Part shown: piece after piece, positions 48,314 through 57,980 of the stretch
Layout of the letters: every line of letters begins with the position of its first letter
Position numbering within the stretch: position 1 is the stretch's first letter
Virus record (IMG/VR): IMGVR_UViG_3300007274_000026
Coordinates: 8,541 to 72,540 of that record
Origin: a virus
Reading direction: 5' to 3' (one strand)
DNA length: 64,000 bases
The notes under the pieces: generated by a model
Told to the model about the DNA's origin: nothing
Databases searched by the model: none
What the model saw: only the letters and a program-made list of their open reading frames with translations
Position numbers and translations under genes: made by a program

Positions 48314-49938
48314 TCTTCGTCCTCCATCACCGTGTCAACGGTCAGCTGGAACGGAGACCGCAGCATCTGGCTTTGAACCACAGCATTGCTGCCGAACAGA
48401 TCCACCAAGGCCTGACCCGGCCCGAAGTAAGCAGTGCTAGCTAGTTGCTCCGGGGTGGCCTTCTCAAGAGCGCTGCGGGCCTGGCCTGCGTTGTTATGGC
48501 GAAGGATCAACCTGCTGTTCAGGTTGTTCAGGATTTCGCTCGGCACCTGTTCGGCCGATTGCACCGCAATGGTGAATGCAATGTTCAGACTCCGGCCTTT
48601 GCGGATCTGTTGGCTCATGCTGCCGCCGGCAGCCTCAGCGAAGCGCTTCGATCCGCCGAAGATGTCCTGCGCTTCATCAATGAAGTGATGCACGGGGAAC
48701 TTGATCTCGCGATTGGCCCGCGCCCGGTAGACCCGCTTCAGCATGAAGTCGAGGAACAGGCCATATTCGCGGCCGGCCTCTGAACCGTTGATCTTGATGC
48801 AAAGCACCTTGCCTTTCTGGATCTTGTCCACGGGGTCAAACCACACCGGCTTGCGATAGCCGCTCTTGCGGCCCATCACACCACCAGTGGAGGGTTGATC
48901 CGACCGACTCCCGATGTTGATCCCATCAAGCCATGACGGCCGCCGATTACGTCGTGTCACCTTGCGCAACAGCGCCTGAAGCGTCCGCTGGTTTGGCGCA
49001 TGACCAACCATCTGTTGGACATCTGCCGTTGATGCTGCGCCGCCCTGGTCATTGGTAAACCACCAATACCAATCATTCAATGTCCAAACGGCGTCTGGAT
49101 CATCGTCACGCATTTGTTCGCGGAAGATCTCCAGTCCGTGTTCCATCTCCTCTCGCTGCTGCATCTCGCCGTCATTCCAAAAAATGGTGGCGGCCAGCAT
49201 TGCGGGTGAAAAGCAACTGGCAGGAATGGTGATGGTGTGCCCGTTAGAGCCAGGCTGGCGACCCAGATACCAATACTCAACATCCATTGGCTGTTGATTC
49301 GGATCGTCATCAGACAGATCTGAATTCAGCTTTTCCATGTCTTGATAATCCGGCTTGTGGTCGTAAACCACGCAACCGAACCCCATGTTCACGGATGCCT
49401 TGATGATGTTGGCTCCGGCGTTTGACTTGCCGCTGCCGGTAGCCCCCGCCAAAAGGGAGTGATACACCAACCGCTTGCGGTCGTAATAAATTCCGATTTC
49501 AGTGCCAGGGATGGTGCCAACAATGGTCTCCGGGTTGGCATCAGGGAGGTTCATGTATTTGATGACCTCCTCTTCAGTCGCTGCCACCGCAATGGAATTG
49601 ATCTGGGGACGGCGGGTCACGACCTCAGGCGTGCCGGTGGAAACGTCCCGCAGCAACCTCACGTCATAGAGGAAGCATTCAGACACCACCGCCTCGCGGC
49701 CATATTGGCCCTGCACAACAGCCTCAAGAGCTGTGATTGTGGTGTTGTCAAATTGCCCCAGTCCAGAGCGGTTGATGTTGCGCTGAGGGCCGGTGATCAT
49801 GCCGAAATAGATTCGGCCGCTGTGCCTGTCCGTCACGATGACGAACTGGTTCATGCTGTAGTTAGCAGCATCAGTTGCGATGCACTGCACGCTGCCGAGA
49901 TCGGAGCGTGAATCGTCGGGAAGTTGGAAAAGAGTCAT
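48310..49938 (-). CDS. herA: HerA-like ATPase / helicase
   Basis: N-terminal HAS-barrel-like region, GATGSGKS, YDHKPDY, FIDEAQ, RKGRS, AVQS. Confidence 0.85.
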   Translation of the reverse strand: MTLFQLPDDSRSDLGSVQCIATDAANYSMNQFVIVTDRHSGRIYFGMITGPQRNINRSGLGQFDNTTITALEAVVQGQYGREAVVSECFLYDVRLLRDVSTGTPEVVTRRPQINSIAVAATEEEVIKYMNLPDANPETIVGTIPGTEIGIYYDRKRLVYHSLLAGATGSGKSNAGANIIKASVNMGFGCVVYDHKPDYQDMEKLNSDLSDDDPNQQPMDVEYWYLGRQPGSNGHTITIPASCFSPAMLAATIFWNDGEMQQREEMEHGLEIFREQMRDDDPDAVWTLNDWYWWFTNDQGGAASTADVQQMVGHAPNQRTLQALLRKVTRRNRRPSWLDGINIGSRSDQPSTGGVMGRKSGYRKPVWFDPVDKIQKGKVLCIKINGSEAGREYGLFLDFMLKRVYRARANREIKFPVHHFIDEAQDIFGGSKRFAEAAGGSMSQQIRKGRSLNIAFTIAVQSAEQVPSEILNNLNSRLILRHNNAGQARSALEKATPEQLASTAYFGPGQALVDLFGSNAVVQSQMLRSPFQLTVDTVMEDEE

Positions 49939-51023
49939 CGGGAAATACGTTCATCAGAAAGCTGGGTGGCCATGTCTGAGTCCCTGGCCTGGAGCTGCGC
50001 CAACAGCAATTTCTTGATCTGCGCAGAGTTATTGCTGCTGCGGCAGTGCTGATCGACCACCTGGAGCAGGCGAGGGATTTCATGGTTGATCTGCGGTGAT
50101 GCGTCATTGCGCAACAGAGCAATGGCGTAAGGCAGATCAGAAAGGGCGCACTCGAAGGCAAAAGCTTTGCCGTTGGGTCGATACACCCCACGGACAAAGT
50201 TGCTGGCGTTGCGTTCAAGCCAGCCGGCCATGATTTGAGCGCCACCGCCACCTCCTCGATTGAGGCGTTCGGTGAACGCATCGCGGATGGTGCTGAGCAC
50301 ATAGACCTCGCCTGGACGCAGCGCCAGGGCAGCCCACCGGCAGATTGACCATGAAGAATCAAGGCCTTTGATCACGCCGATGTATCGGCGGCTGTCGCGA
50401 AGCATTGGTTCCATCAGGTGATCGCGTGCCACCTGTTGGGTCATCAGGTTTTGAGTGAAGAATGGCCCATCAATCAGGCATGTCTTCACCTCACTTGGCA
50501 TATCGGCCGCTACTTCCCGCTCAAAGTATTCGCGGATAGTGGTTGACCAAGAACCATCGCGAGCGGCCTCATCCATCTGCTCAGCAATTGACCAGAGATC
50601 GTTGCTGTCTTCATCCGTCAGATCAGCACCAGCCAAGTCACTGGTGGTTGATGTCAGATGCATCTCCGGATCACCACGGCGTTGTGATGTCACAGAACAG
50701 ATGCCGCTCACCATCAACTGGGTTGAGGCAAACGACATTGGCGAAAGCCGGTCAGTGCCATCGACAGCACCGATGGCGCCATCTTTCAGTTCTTGCTGAA
50801 TCTGCTCGTTGAATTCAGCGCCCAGGGTTTGGAAGTCGTGAAAACCTCCAATGTGTTCAGGGTCGGCGCTGCATTCCTCCATCAACTTGCGGAAACGTTC
50901 AATCAATGCCGTGCCTGATTTCTGATTGAGATCAAGCTCAGGGGCCAGATTGACCAGCTCCATTTCAGTGATGGAGCGCCTCGACTCCAACGCCGAGGCA
51001 AAAATTCCATCGATGTGTTCCAT
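49935..51023 (-). CDS. nurA: NurA-like nuclease
   Basis: GAVDGT, REYFER, LIDGP, IGVIK, IPRLLQVVD; coupled to herA. Confidence 0.7.
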   Translation of the reverse strand: MEHIDGIFASALESRRSITEMELVNLAPELDLNQKSGTALIERFRKLMEECSADPEHIGGFHDFQTLGAEFNEQIQQELKDGAIGAVDGTDRLSPMSFASTQLMVSGICSVTSQRRGDPEMHLTSTTSDLAGADLTDEDSNDLWSIAEQMDEAARDGSWSTTIREYFEREVAADMPSEVKTCLIDGPFFTQNLMTQQVARDHLMEPMLRDSRRYIGVIKGLDSSWSICRWAALALRPGEVYVLSTIRDAFTERLNRGGGGGAQIMAGWLERNASNFVRGVYRPNGKAFAFECALSDLPYAIALLRNDASPQINHEIPRLLQVVDQHCRSSNNSAQIKKLLLAQLQARDSDMATQLSDERISR

Positions 51024-51484
51024 CAGCCGAAGCCTTTGGATTGACGGCGAACGGTCAGGTCAGCCTTGGTGACGTGGAACTCAATAAGGCGGACACCGCG
51101 GTAAACGCCATGGCAGGTGGCATCACCGTGATTAACCATGACTTGAATAGGTTTTTGCTCTTGGAGTGCTTGCTTGGGTGTCGTGATCACGCGGACCCAT
51201 CCACCTGTGAGCAGGTCTTCCATGCCGGTCTCGTAGCGCTCCAACATGCGCTTGCTGTTGGTGTTGCGCTCGTAATAGATGGAGCAACCGGTTAGGTCTG
51301 CATGGCCTTCTGCGTAGGCCTGATCGACCATGACGCGACCGATGGCATCAGGATCGGCAGCGGCTTGCTGCATGGTGTCACCGCTCATGACCATTGAGGT
51401 CATGGGGTCACCGTTGCTTGAAGCAACGAAAATGTTTGACATGATTGGGCCAGGCGTTGCCTGGGGCGAGTAGGTCACTGGCAA
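51023..51484 (-). CDS. Hypothetical protein, first gene of the nurA-herA operon
   Basis: TGATG coupling; promoter CTAGTCAAGCGTGG-TATGCT near 51533-51553. Confidence 0.55.
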   Translation of the reverse strand: MPVTYSPQATPGPIMSNIFVASSNGDPMTSMVMSGDTMQQAAADPDAIGRVMVDQAYAEGHADLTGCSIYYERNTNSKRMLERYETGMEDLLTGGWVRVITTPKQALQEQKPIQVMVNHGDATCHGVYRGVRLIEFHVTKADLTVRRQSKGFG

Positions 51485-51597
51485 TGCCAGGGGCGGGAGA
51501 GGGGTCGCATCCCTCCCGTTCCGCTTGCTTAGAGCATACCACGCTTGACTAGAGCTGGCAACGTTGTGCCAAAAAACGGGCTAGCTAACCTTGGGTC

Positions 51598-51666
51598 ATG
51601 ACTCTCACTGGCCTCACACCAGAGCAGCTGATCATGGCCCACCTCACTGTTGAGGAGTTCAAATGA
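51598..51666 (+). pseudogene. Duplicated N-terminal stub of the endolysin gene
   Basis: MTLTGLTPEQLIMAHLTVEEFK* versus endolysin MTLAGLNPSEIIMAHLTVDEFR. Confidence 0.8.
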
Positions 51667-52166
51667 AGATCATCCCCAGCACCAATGGCGCCTATGGGGT
51701 TGATGATCAGGGCAGCATCTGGCGCCTGACGCCATCCACCATTTCAAGGGAGCCACGGCTTCTAAAGCCGATACAGGGGAAAGACGGTTATTTGCGCGTG
51801 AGCCTTTGCATCAACAACAAGGTTCAATGCAAGACAGCTCACAGCCTGGTGGCTGAAGCTCACCACGGGCCACGGCCAGAAGGGCTGGACGTGTGCCACC
51901 TAAACCACAAGCGCGACGACAACAGACCCGAAAACCTGGCCTACGGAACGCGGGAAGAAAACTGCCAGATGTCATCGGCAAATTACGGACACTGGCGAAA
52001 AGGGAAGAAGCCAGCGGGAGCAAAGCTTGCTGATCATCAGTTCCAAGAAATTATTAACCGTTATGCCATGGGCGCCTATCAGGCTGACATCGCCAAGGAA
52101 TACGGCATTGCGCAGTGTCGCGTCTCGCAGATCATTAGAGGAGTCGGGCTGGCCACGGCTAGCTAA
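51663..52166 (+). CDS. HNH homing endonuclease
   Basis: DGYLRVSL, HSLVAEAHHGPRP, CHLNHKRDDNRPENLAYGT. Confidence 0.88.
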   Translation: MKIIPSTNGAYGVDDQGSIWRLTPSTISREPRLLKPIQGKDGYLRVSLCINNKVQCKTAHSLVAEAHHGPRPEGLDVCHLNHKRDDNRPENLAYGTREENCQMSSANYGHWRKGKKPAGAKLADHQFQEIINRYAMGAYQADIAKEYGIAQCRVSQIIRGVGLATAS

Positions 52167-52957
52167 TGACTCTCGCTGGCCTTAACCCCTCTGAAATCAT
52201 CATGGCTCATCTGACCGTTGACGAGTTCCGCGCATTTTTCAAGTGGTACAAAGGCGCGCCATCTGACCCGCAGCAAGACGAAGCCATCGAGATGCTCTAC
52301 CGGGTAATGCCGGTGTCCTTGCTGGAGCAGGACAAAACCGACAACTGGATTGCCAAGTACCGAGAGACCCCACCACCGCCCCCAAAATCTGAAGGCCCGA
52401 TTACTCCTGCATTAATGCATAAGTATTCAGGCCACTCCGCTAGCAGCTTTGATCAAGCGTTCTGTGATGACTTCAACGACCTGCTAGCTCAGACGGGCTT
52501 TGCCACAGATCTCACCGCCTTCCGAATGCTGATCGCGCAGATGGCGCATGAATCAGCTAATTGGAAGTACATGAAAGAAATAGACCCTGGGTACTACCTG
52601 GAAGGCCGCACCGACCTTGGAAATACGCAGCCGGGTGATGGGCCCAAGTTTCGCGGCTGTGGTCCCATCCAGACAACTGGACGTAACCACCACCAGCGGG
52701 CAAGCGATTTAATCAACTCTGTCTACGGGATTGATGATCCAAAGATCATGAGTGTTGGGACTGATTATTCAGCCGACATTTATGCGTTCCGCATGGCTCA
52801 CGCTTGGTTGGTGGATAACGACTATTTCAACCTGTGCAAAGGCGGGGATGTCTACGCTTGCACCCGTCGCTTGAACGGTGGGACGAACGGCCTTGCTGAT
52901 CGTCAGCAGTGGTACGACAAAGCCTGTCGCGTGATCACTCAAGCGGACTTGAGCTGA
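52166..52957 (+). CDS. Endolysin, GH19 chitinase-like
   Basis: AQMAHES, LGNTQPGDGPKFRGCGPIQTTGR, TRRLNGGTNGLADR. Confidence 0.88.
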   Translation: MTLAGLNPSEIIMAHLTVDEFRAFFKWYKGAPSDPQQDEAIEMLYRVMPVSLLEQDKTDNWIAKYRETPPPPPKSEGPITPALMHKYSGHSASSFDQAFCDDFNDLLAQTGFATDLTAFRMLIAQMAHESANWKYMKEIDPGYYLEGRTDLGNTQPGDGPKFRGCGPIQTTGRNHHQRASDLINSVYGIDDPKIMSVGTDYSADIYAFRMAHAWLVDNDYFNLCKGGDVYACTRRLNGGTNGLADRQQWYDKACRVITQADLS

Positions 52958-53095
52958 TGTGCGGTCTCATCAAGATGATTGTCTACCGCCAGGGCGTTTC
53001 AGACACTCTCCACGTCACCAGAGAAGAGCTCCCCAAAGTCCGCAACCGCCTTGCCCGTGAGGGCTGGGTGATCGTCCACTCTGAAGTCCTGTGAC

Positions 53096-53392
53096 CTAGC
53101 CAGGCTTCTTAGGGGGCTTGGCCACCATCGGCCCCGGCTTTACATCTGGCGGCTTCTGCTGCTTCTTCTGCACCATCTGCACCGCCCCTGCCCCGGCAAT
53201 CAATCCCAGCACTGCCGCCATGGTCTTCTCGCTGTAATTGTCAAACCGCGCTCCAATGTTTGGACAGATATTAATTGGATCATTGCTGCGGCTACAGGTA
53301 AACAACCCGAAGCCAAAGAACAACGCATTAACCGCTAGCACTGCACCCAGCAGGTAAAACAGAAAACGCTCGCGGTTAAATGGTTTCATCAA
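53096..53392 (-). CDS. Membrane protein (holin candidate)
   Basis: Two hydrophobic segments; next to the lysin. Confidence 0.45.
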   Translation of the reverse strand: MMKPFNRERFLFYLLGAVLAVNALFFGFGLFTCSRSNDPINICPNIGARFDNYSEKTMAAVLGLIAGAGAVQMVQKKQQKPPDVKPGPMVAKPPKKPG

Positions 53393-55069
53393 TCAATCGT
53401 GTTTAATAATGAAGTGCACGGCAACAGTTTTGGGTCTAGTTACTTCATCCCAGCCACTATCAATGGAAACTTGACCTTTACGTATGCCAGCAAAGTCTGA
53501 ACTGCCAGCTTTGTTAGCAGTTTTATTTTCGCCGTTATTAAAGCTGCTGCTTGAGCGAGGAGAGCCACCGCTTGGTTTTGCTGTTTGTTGCGGAAGCTTG
53601 ATGCCTACATCACCATTAAGGTGGTCGCCAATCTGTCCTGGATAATGTCCTCGCCAATCTGGTAGATTGCCTGATACATATCCATCTGATTGTTGCAGGT
53701 AAGCGTGAAGTAATGGATAAGCATTGATATCAAAACTACCGCCCTTTAGCTTAAGCCAACCAGAAGGTGCAATAGAATTAATCCACATCATGATTGAGCC
53801 AACCGGGACACCTCCAGTGGGTGCCGGAATAGCTGCAACGGCCTCGTCTACATACTGTTCAGTTGCCAAACCATCCACGCTGGCAGCAACTTTGCTGTCA
53901 ACGTAACCCTTATTTGCGCCCCACTCATCAGCACCATCAGTGCAGTCCTGAACGTGAAACAGCTTCATGTTCTTGTTTTCGATCTCGATATAGTTCCTAT
54001 TCACCCCATCCGAGTCAGGCTGCTGGATCTTCCACTTGGCCGAATTAAGGCTCTGAGTGCCTGATGTTTTTACAACTTTCTCGTCGATGTATTGCTTGGT
54101 AATTATGTCGTTGGCATCGCTTGCCATGAACGCATGGCTGGTGTCATGACCCGCTTTTACCTTGCCGTTGCCAGTGACTCGAAAAGCAACCTGTTTGCCG
54201 TCCTCTAGGTGTGGCGCCTCAACAGAAAAGATGTACCCACTAGTTGTTGCATCTGGCCTTGTCATCTTGAGATGACCGGTCATCGTGTCACCAGTTTTCT
54301 TGACTCTCTTGTCGACTTCTACTTGAAGCAAGGCGTCTTGCCCGTCAACGTATTCCTTGCTGACGCCTTCTTCGTTCTGCGGGTAGATGTAAACCTCCTC
54401 GTTTTCGCCTTTGGCAAAGTTGTTGTCACCGCTGATGTAATCAACAATCAACGCCTGAGAATCGCCGCCATCAACGATGCGATAGCGCGTTACTTGACCT
54501 ACATCGCGGACTACCTCAACAAATTCAATGATGTCGCCCGTGTTGGCCGGTCGTGTCGGCTGACCGTTGATGTCAAACGGAGCAAAGCTAATGGCCTGCA
54601 CATCCGCTGCATTAGGGCTGCTGACATAAAGCTCGCCATTGCGGATAGCCGCGCCAATGTGCGTCTCTGTGACCGCGTAACGGGCAACGCTGCCCTTGGT
54701 AACGCTTAGCTCTTCCAGGGAAAGTTCAATCTGCCGCTGCTTAATCTCACCAGCGGCCACACGACCCACCAAGTCATCCTGAATAATCAACGCATCGTTG
54801 ATTTGAGCCTCAATGCCATCAAGGCTTACAGGCGGGGATGCTGGGACCCACTCAGTGCCTGTGTACAGATACAGCGTTAGCTCATCGGCCTTGGTGTCAA
54901 ACCACAGGTCGCCTTCCTTGGGGTTCTCTGGCGGGTCTTCACCTAAATCAACAATGAAATCCTCGGTGCTGCGGAATGCCTTGACGACCCACTTGGTGCC
55001 ATCCCAGCGGTAGATGATCCCGTTGGGTGCGGTGAAGTCTGCTTTGTCTTCGGGGAAAATGAAAGCCAT
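53393..55069 (-). CDS. Tail fibre protein with a collar domain
   Basis: VPVGSIMMW...PSGWLKLKG...YPLL...LPDWRG...TRPKTVAVHFIIK. Confidence 0.85.
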   Translation of the reverse strand: MAFIFPEDKADFTAPNGIIYRWDGTKWVVKAFRSTEDFIVDLGEDPPENPKEGDLWFDTKADELTLYLYTGTEWVPASPPVSLDGIEAQINDALIIQDDLVGRVAAGEIKQRQIELSLEELSVTKGSVARYAVTETHIGAAIRNGELYVSSPNAADVQAISFAPFDINGQPTRPANTGDIIEFVEVVRDVGQVTRYRIVDGGDSQALIVDYISGDNNFAKGENEEVYIYPQNEEGVSKEYVDGQDALLQVEVDKRVKKTGDTMTGHLKMTRPDATTSGYIFSVEAPHLEDGKQVAFRVTGNGKVKAGHDTSHAFMASDANDIITKQYIDEKVVKTSGTQSLNSAKWKIQQPDSDGVNRNYIEIENKNMKLFHVQDCTDGADEWGANKGYVDSKVAASVDGLATEQYVDEAVAAIPAPTGGVPVGSIMMWINSIAPSGWLKLKGGSFDINAYPLLHAYLQQSDGYVSGNLPDWRGHYPGQIGDHLNGDVGIKLPQQTAKPSGGSPRSSSSFNNGENKTANKAGSSDFAGIRKGQVSIDSGWDEVTRPKTVAVHFIIKHD

Positions 55070-55071
55070 GG

Positions 55072-56832
55072 TTAGAAAAGCCCAGAAATAGTGAACCTAT
55101 AAAAATCAGCATTGCCGATGTCTCCGTTATTCCATTTACGTGAATCGTCTAAAACAGTAGTAATTTCTATATAATCAGAATATAGTCTTACTCGTTCAAT
55201 CTCAGCAGTACCTTTCCACTTCCAGTCTGGACCATTGGATCGATAATACCAACAACTAATAGTCATAGCTGCTTGTTTTGTATCACTTTTGTAGTAATAC
55301 ATTGTCAACCCATTTGCACTTTGAAATGGTACTGGTCCATTGCTAGCAGTTAGAGATAACTGAATAGTCCTAGCCTTTATAGTAGTTCCATATATAAATG
55401 CTTGCCCCTCGCTAGGTACACCTTGTGCGCCAGTTTGATTGGTATAACATTTATATTCATACCTAGCGGGTGCTACTACAGCTTTTGCTACAGCTGTTTG
55501 AATTGCTTCATCAACAAACTTTTTAGGTGTTAGGTGTCTATCGTGAGTAGGCACCCATCCATCGCGAGACCAGAGTTCGCCATTATCTTGAACAAGGAAG
55601 TTGTTTGCACTACTGGCTCCAGAATAAATTTGAAATACGTATTGAGAGGGATTACTTATACTTGTTGGTTTTATATACAGCAGTGGCTCTGTTCGACTTT
55701 TTAAATCACCCTCCATAGAGAGTTTTCCAGTTATCGTGTCGCCAGCTCTGCGAACGTAATCCTCAGGGTTGGCCGCTTCGGCCATCTTGAAGATTTTGAT
55801 GACCGCTTTGCCGTTGGGGCGACCCGTTGAGTGCACCGGCTGAACCTTAAAACCGCAGCGGGTGGGAGAGGGGGATTTCCCTTCAATGATGTAAAGGCCG
55901 TGACCACTGCCATCAAGGTTGATGGCTTCGATGTACATCCCCGGAACAACATCACCGAAGTCATGACCACGACCTTCCTGGTCAGATCTGGCTAAGGAGA
56001 GCCACTCGACTTCGTGCCAAGACACATTGGTGTCTGCCTCGCCAATCTTGTTCAGGCAATCTTCGTTTTCACGGTTGCATTGGCTTGCAGCGGTTGTATC
56101 GCCAGCAGCATTCAGCAGACACTCGCCAAGCTGTTGTTTGCAATAGTCATCGCTGACCACCACGTAGGCGTGATACTCACCGGGCTTCGGGTTGCTTTCA
56201 GATTCAGGCTCTGAGTTGTAGAGCCACTCACCGCGTTCAATGGTCGGCCTGAGGTCATCGACCTCGCCTTCCAGCTCGGCAATTTTCTCGTCTTGGTGTT
56301 CCTGGTCTTCTCGAACATCAAGGACCGCTTCATCAATATCACGCTTGTTCATCGCGATATTGGCGTTGACCTTCATCAACTCAGCGTCAACGTTGGCAAT
56401 ACTGGCCTCAATGCCGTCCAAGCTGACCGGTGGAGCCGCTGCTGCCCATTCGCTCACCTCATCGACGTAGATGTAAAGCGTTAGCTCTTCGCCTTTGGTG
56501 CAATACCAAAGCTGACCAATTAATGGATCAGCCGGGGGGTCATCACCAACCCACAGATCAACCTTTTCAAGAGTGTCATAAAGCCATTTGTTGTAGTCCT
56601 CCTGAGTCGTCAGGCCGTCAGGTACAGGCGGCAAGGTACGGGCACCGCCTAACCGTGTCGGGTTAGCTAGCAGTAGCTCGCTTGTCGTTGTAGCGCCGCC
56701 ACCCTCGCGAGTCGTCCCGCTGACAACCCATTTGCCACGGTTACCATCCCAGCTGTAGAAAACGCCGCGTTGCTCGTTCTCAACGGTGTGACCGTTATCT
56801 AGGTCTGCTGTGTCTGGAAAGTTAAATGCCAT
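55072..56832 (-). CDS. Tail fibre / virion structural protein
   Basis: MAFNFP start; shares ELTLY..PPVSLDGIEA with its neighbour. Confidence 0.7.
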   Translation of the reverse strand: MAFNFPDTADLDNGHTVENEQRGVFYSWDGNRGKWVVSGTTREGGGATTTSELLLANPTRLGGARTLPPVPDGLTTQEDYNKWLYDTLEKVDLWVGDDPPADPLIGQLWYCTKGEELTLYIYVDEVSEWAAAAPPVSLDGIEASIANVDAELMKVNANIAMNKRDIDEAVLDVREDQEHQDEKIAELEGEVDDLRPTIERGEWLYNSEPESESNPKPGEYHAYVVVSDDYCKQQLGECLLNAAGDTTAASQCNRENEDCLNKIGEADTNVSWHEVEWLSLARSDQEGRGHDFGDVVPGMYIEAINLDGSGHGLYIIEGKSPSPTRCGFKVQPVHSTGRPNGKAVIKIFKMAEAANPEDYVRRAGDTITGKLSMEGDLKSRTEPLLYIKPTSISNPSQYVFQIYSGASSANNFLVQDNGELWSRDGWVPTHDRHLTPKKFVDEAIQTAVAKAVVAPARYEYKCYTNQTGAQGVPSEGQAFIYGTTIKARTIQLSLTASNGPVPFQSANGLTMYYYKSDTKQAAMTISCWYYRSNGPDWKWKGTAEIERVRLYSDYIEITTVLDDSRKWNNGDIGNADFYRFTISGLF

Positions 56833-56834
56833 GA

Positions 56835-57977
56835 TCAGCCCTCAAGCTTGGAAAGACGCGCAGCCAACTCATCTAGCTGCTGAGTAACAAACGACAGAGA
56901 TGCAAGCTTTGACGGGTCAAATGAAGACAGCACGTCAATCTTGTACTCCTGTTGATCAATTGGTTTTCCTTTGCTGCTTTGCAGCTTCACTTGGTAAATC
57001 CCAGAGGTTTCAACCCCTGTAATTTGAAACGTGGCTTGCGAGTCATAACCACTATTGAGCCTGATCACGTCATCTACGGCCACCCCATCCATTTTGTGAG
57101 CCCTACCTGAAAGGTCAGTCAGATCAAACCCAATCACCCCAACGTCTTCCCATTTAGTGGCTCCGCCAGCAAACCCTTGCTGATAAATCATCATCTCGCC
57201 TTGGCTGGCTTGCCCCTCAAGCAGCAGCCTCCAGCTACCAGTCCCGTTTGATTTTTCAAGTTCTCTTACCCTGTCCTTCAAGCCGTTGATCTCATCAAGC
57301 AAAGCCACATCGGCTTCGTCTACATAGCTTTTGCTGACGTCGGGCAAAGGGTTTGACTCAAGAGATGCAATCCTTTTCTCACCCGCCTGCAGCCTTTGCT
57401 GGATCCCTGCTGTCACTTCAGTCAATGGCTGAAGCTTCACTACGTCTGCTTTTAACGCATGAAAATCAGGAGACTGACTAAGAGGGATTGAGCACGGCAC
57501 CCATTGACTGCTGTCCCCGTCGTTGTAATAAAGCAGCAGCTCCAGGTCCGTGGAATCAAACCAGAGCGACAGATTGGGGATTGGATCAGCTGGCGCCGTG
57601 TCCTGAACCTTGACCCTTAGCGCTTCATCACCACTGATCCGGTGGGCGATCTCGTTATTCAGGATCGTCTCGTTGACGTCAACCCTTGTGTCCAGGGACG
57701 CCAGATCAAGAATGGATGGCGCACAAACTTCCCATTTGCCGTTGTTCTGGATGTATAGCTGCTGAGTGCTTGGCTTGTACCAAATCGAGCCTGACGGAAA
57801 TTCGTCAATTGGAGCTGGCTCGTTCTCGCTAATAACGTTTGGAGTTCCGCTGCCACCACCGCTTGAGCCTTCAATGACCCATGCAGAGAATTCATCCCTG
57901 TAGGTGTAGGTAACACCGCTAGCCGGGTTCCGTGCTGTTGCGCCCTCTATGGCGGGTGTGGGGAAGTAAAAAGGCAT
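56835..57977 (-). CDS. Tail fibre / virion structural protein
   Basis: LWFDS...YYNDGDSSQWV module; coiled coils. Confidence 0.65.
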   Translation of the reverse strand: MPFYFPTPAIEGATARNPASGVTYTYRDEFSAWVIEGSSGGGSGTPNVISENEPAPIDEFPSGSIWYKPSTQQLYIQNNGKWEVCAPSILDLASLDTRVDVNETILNNEIAHRISGDEALRVKVQDTAPADPIPNLSLWFDSTDLELLLYYNDGDSSQWVPCSIPLSQSPDFHALKADVVKLQPLTEVTAGIQQRLQAGEKRIASLESNPLPDVSKSYVDEADVALLDEINGLKDRVRELEKSNGTGSWRLLLEGQASQGEMMIYQQGFAGGATKWEDVGVIGFDLTDLSGRAHKMDGVAVDDVIRLNSGYDSQATFQITGVETSGIYQVKLQSSKGKPIDQQEYKIDVLSSFDPSKLASLSFVTQQLDELAARLSKLEG

Positions 57978-57980
57978 GCT

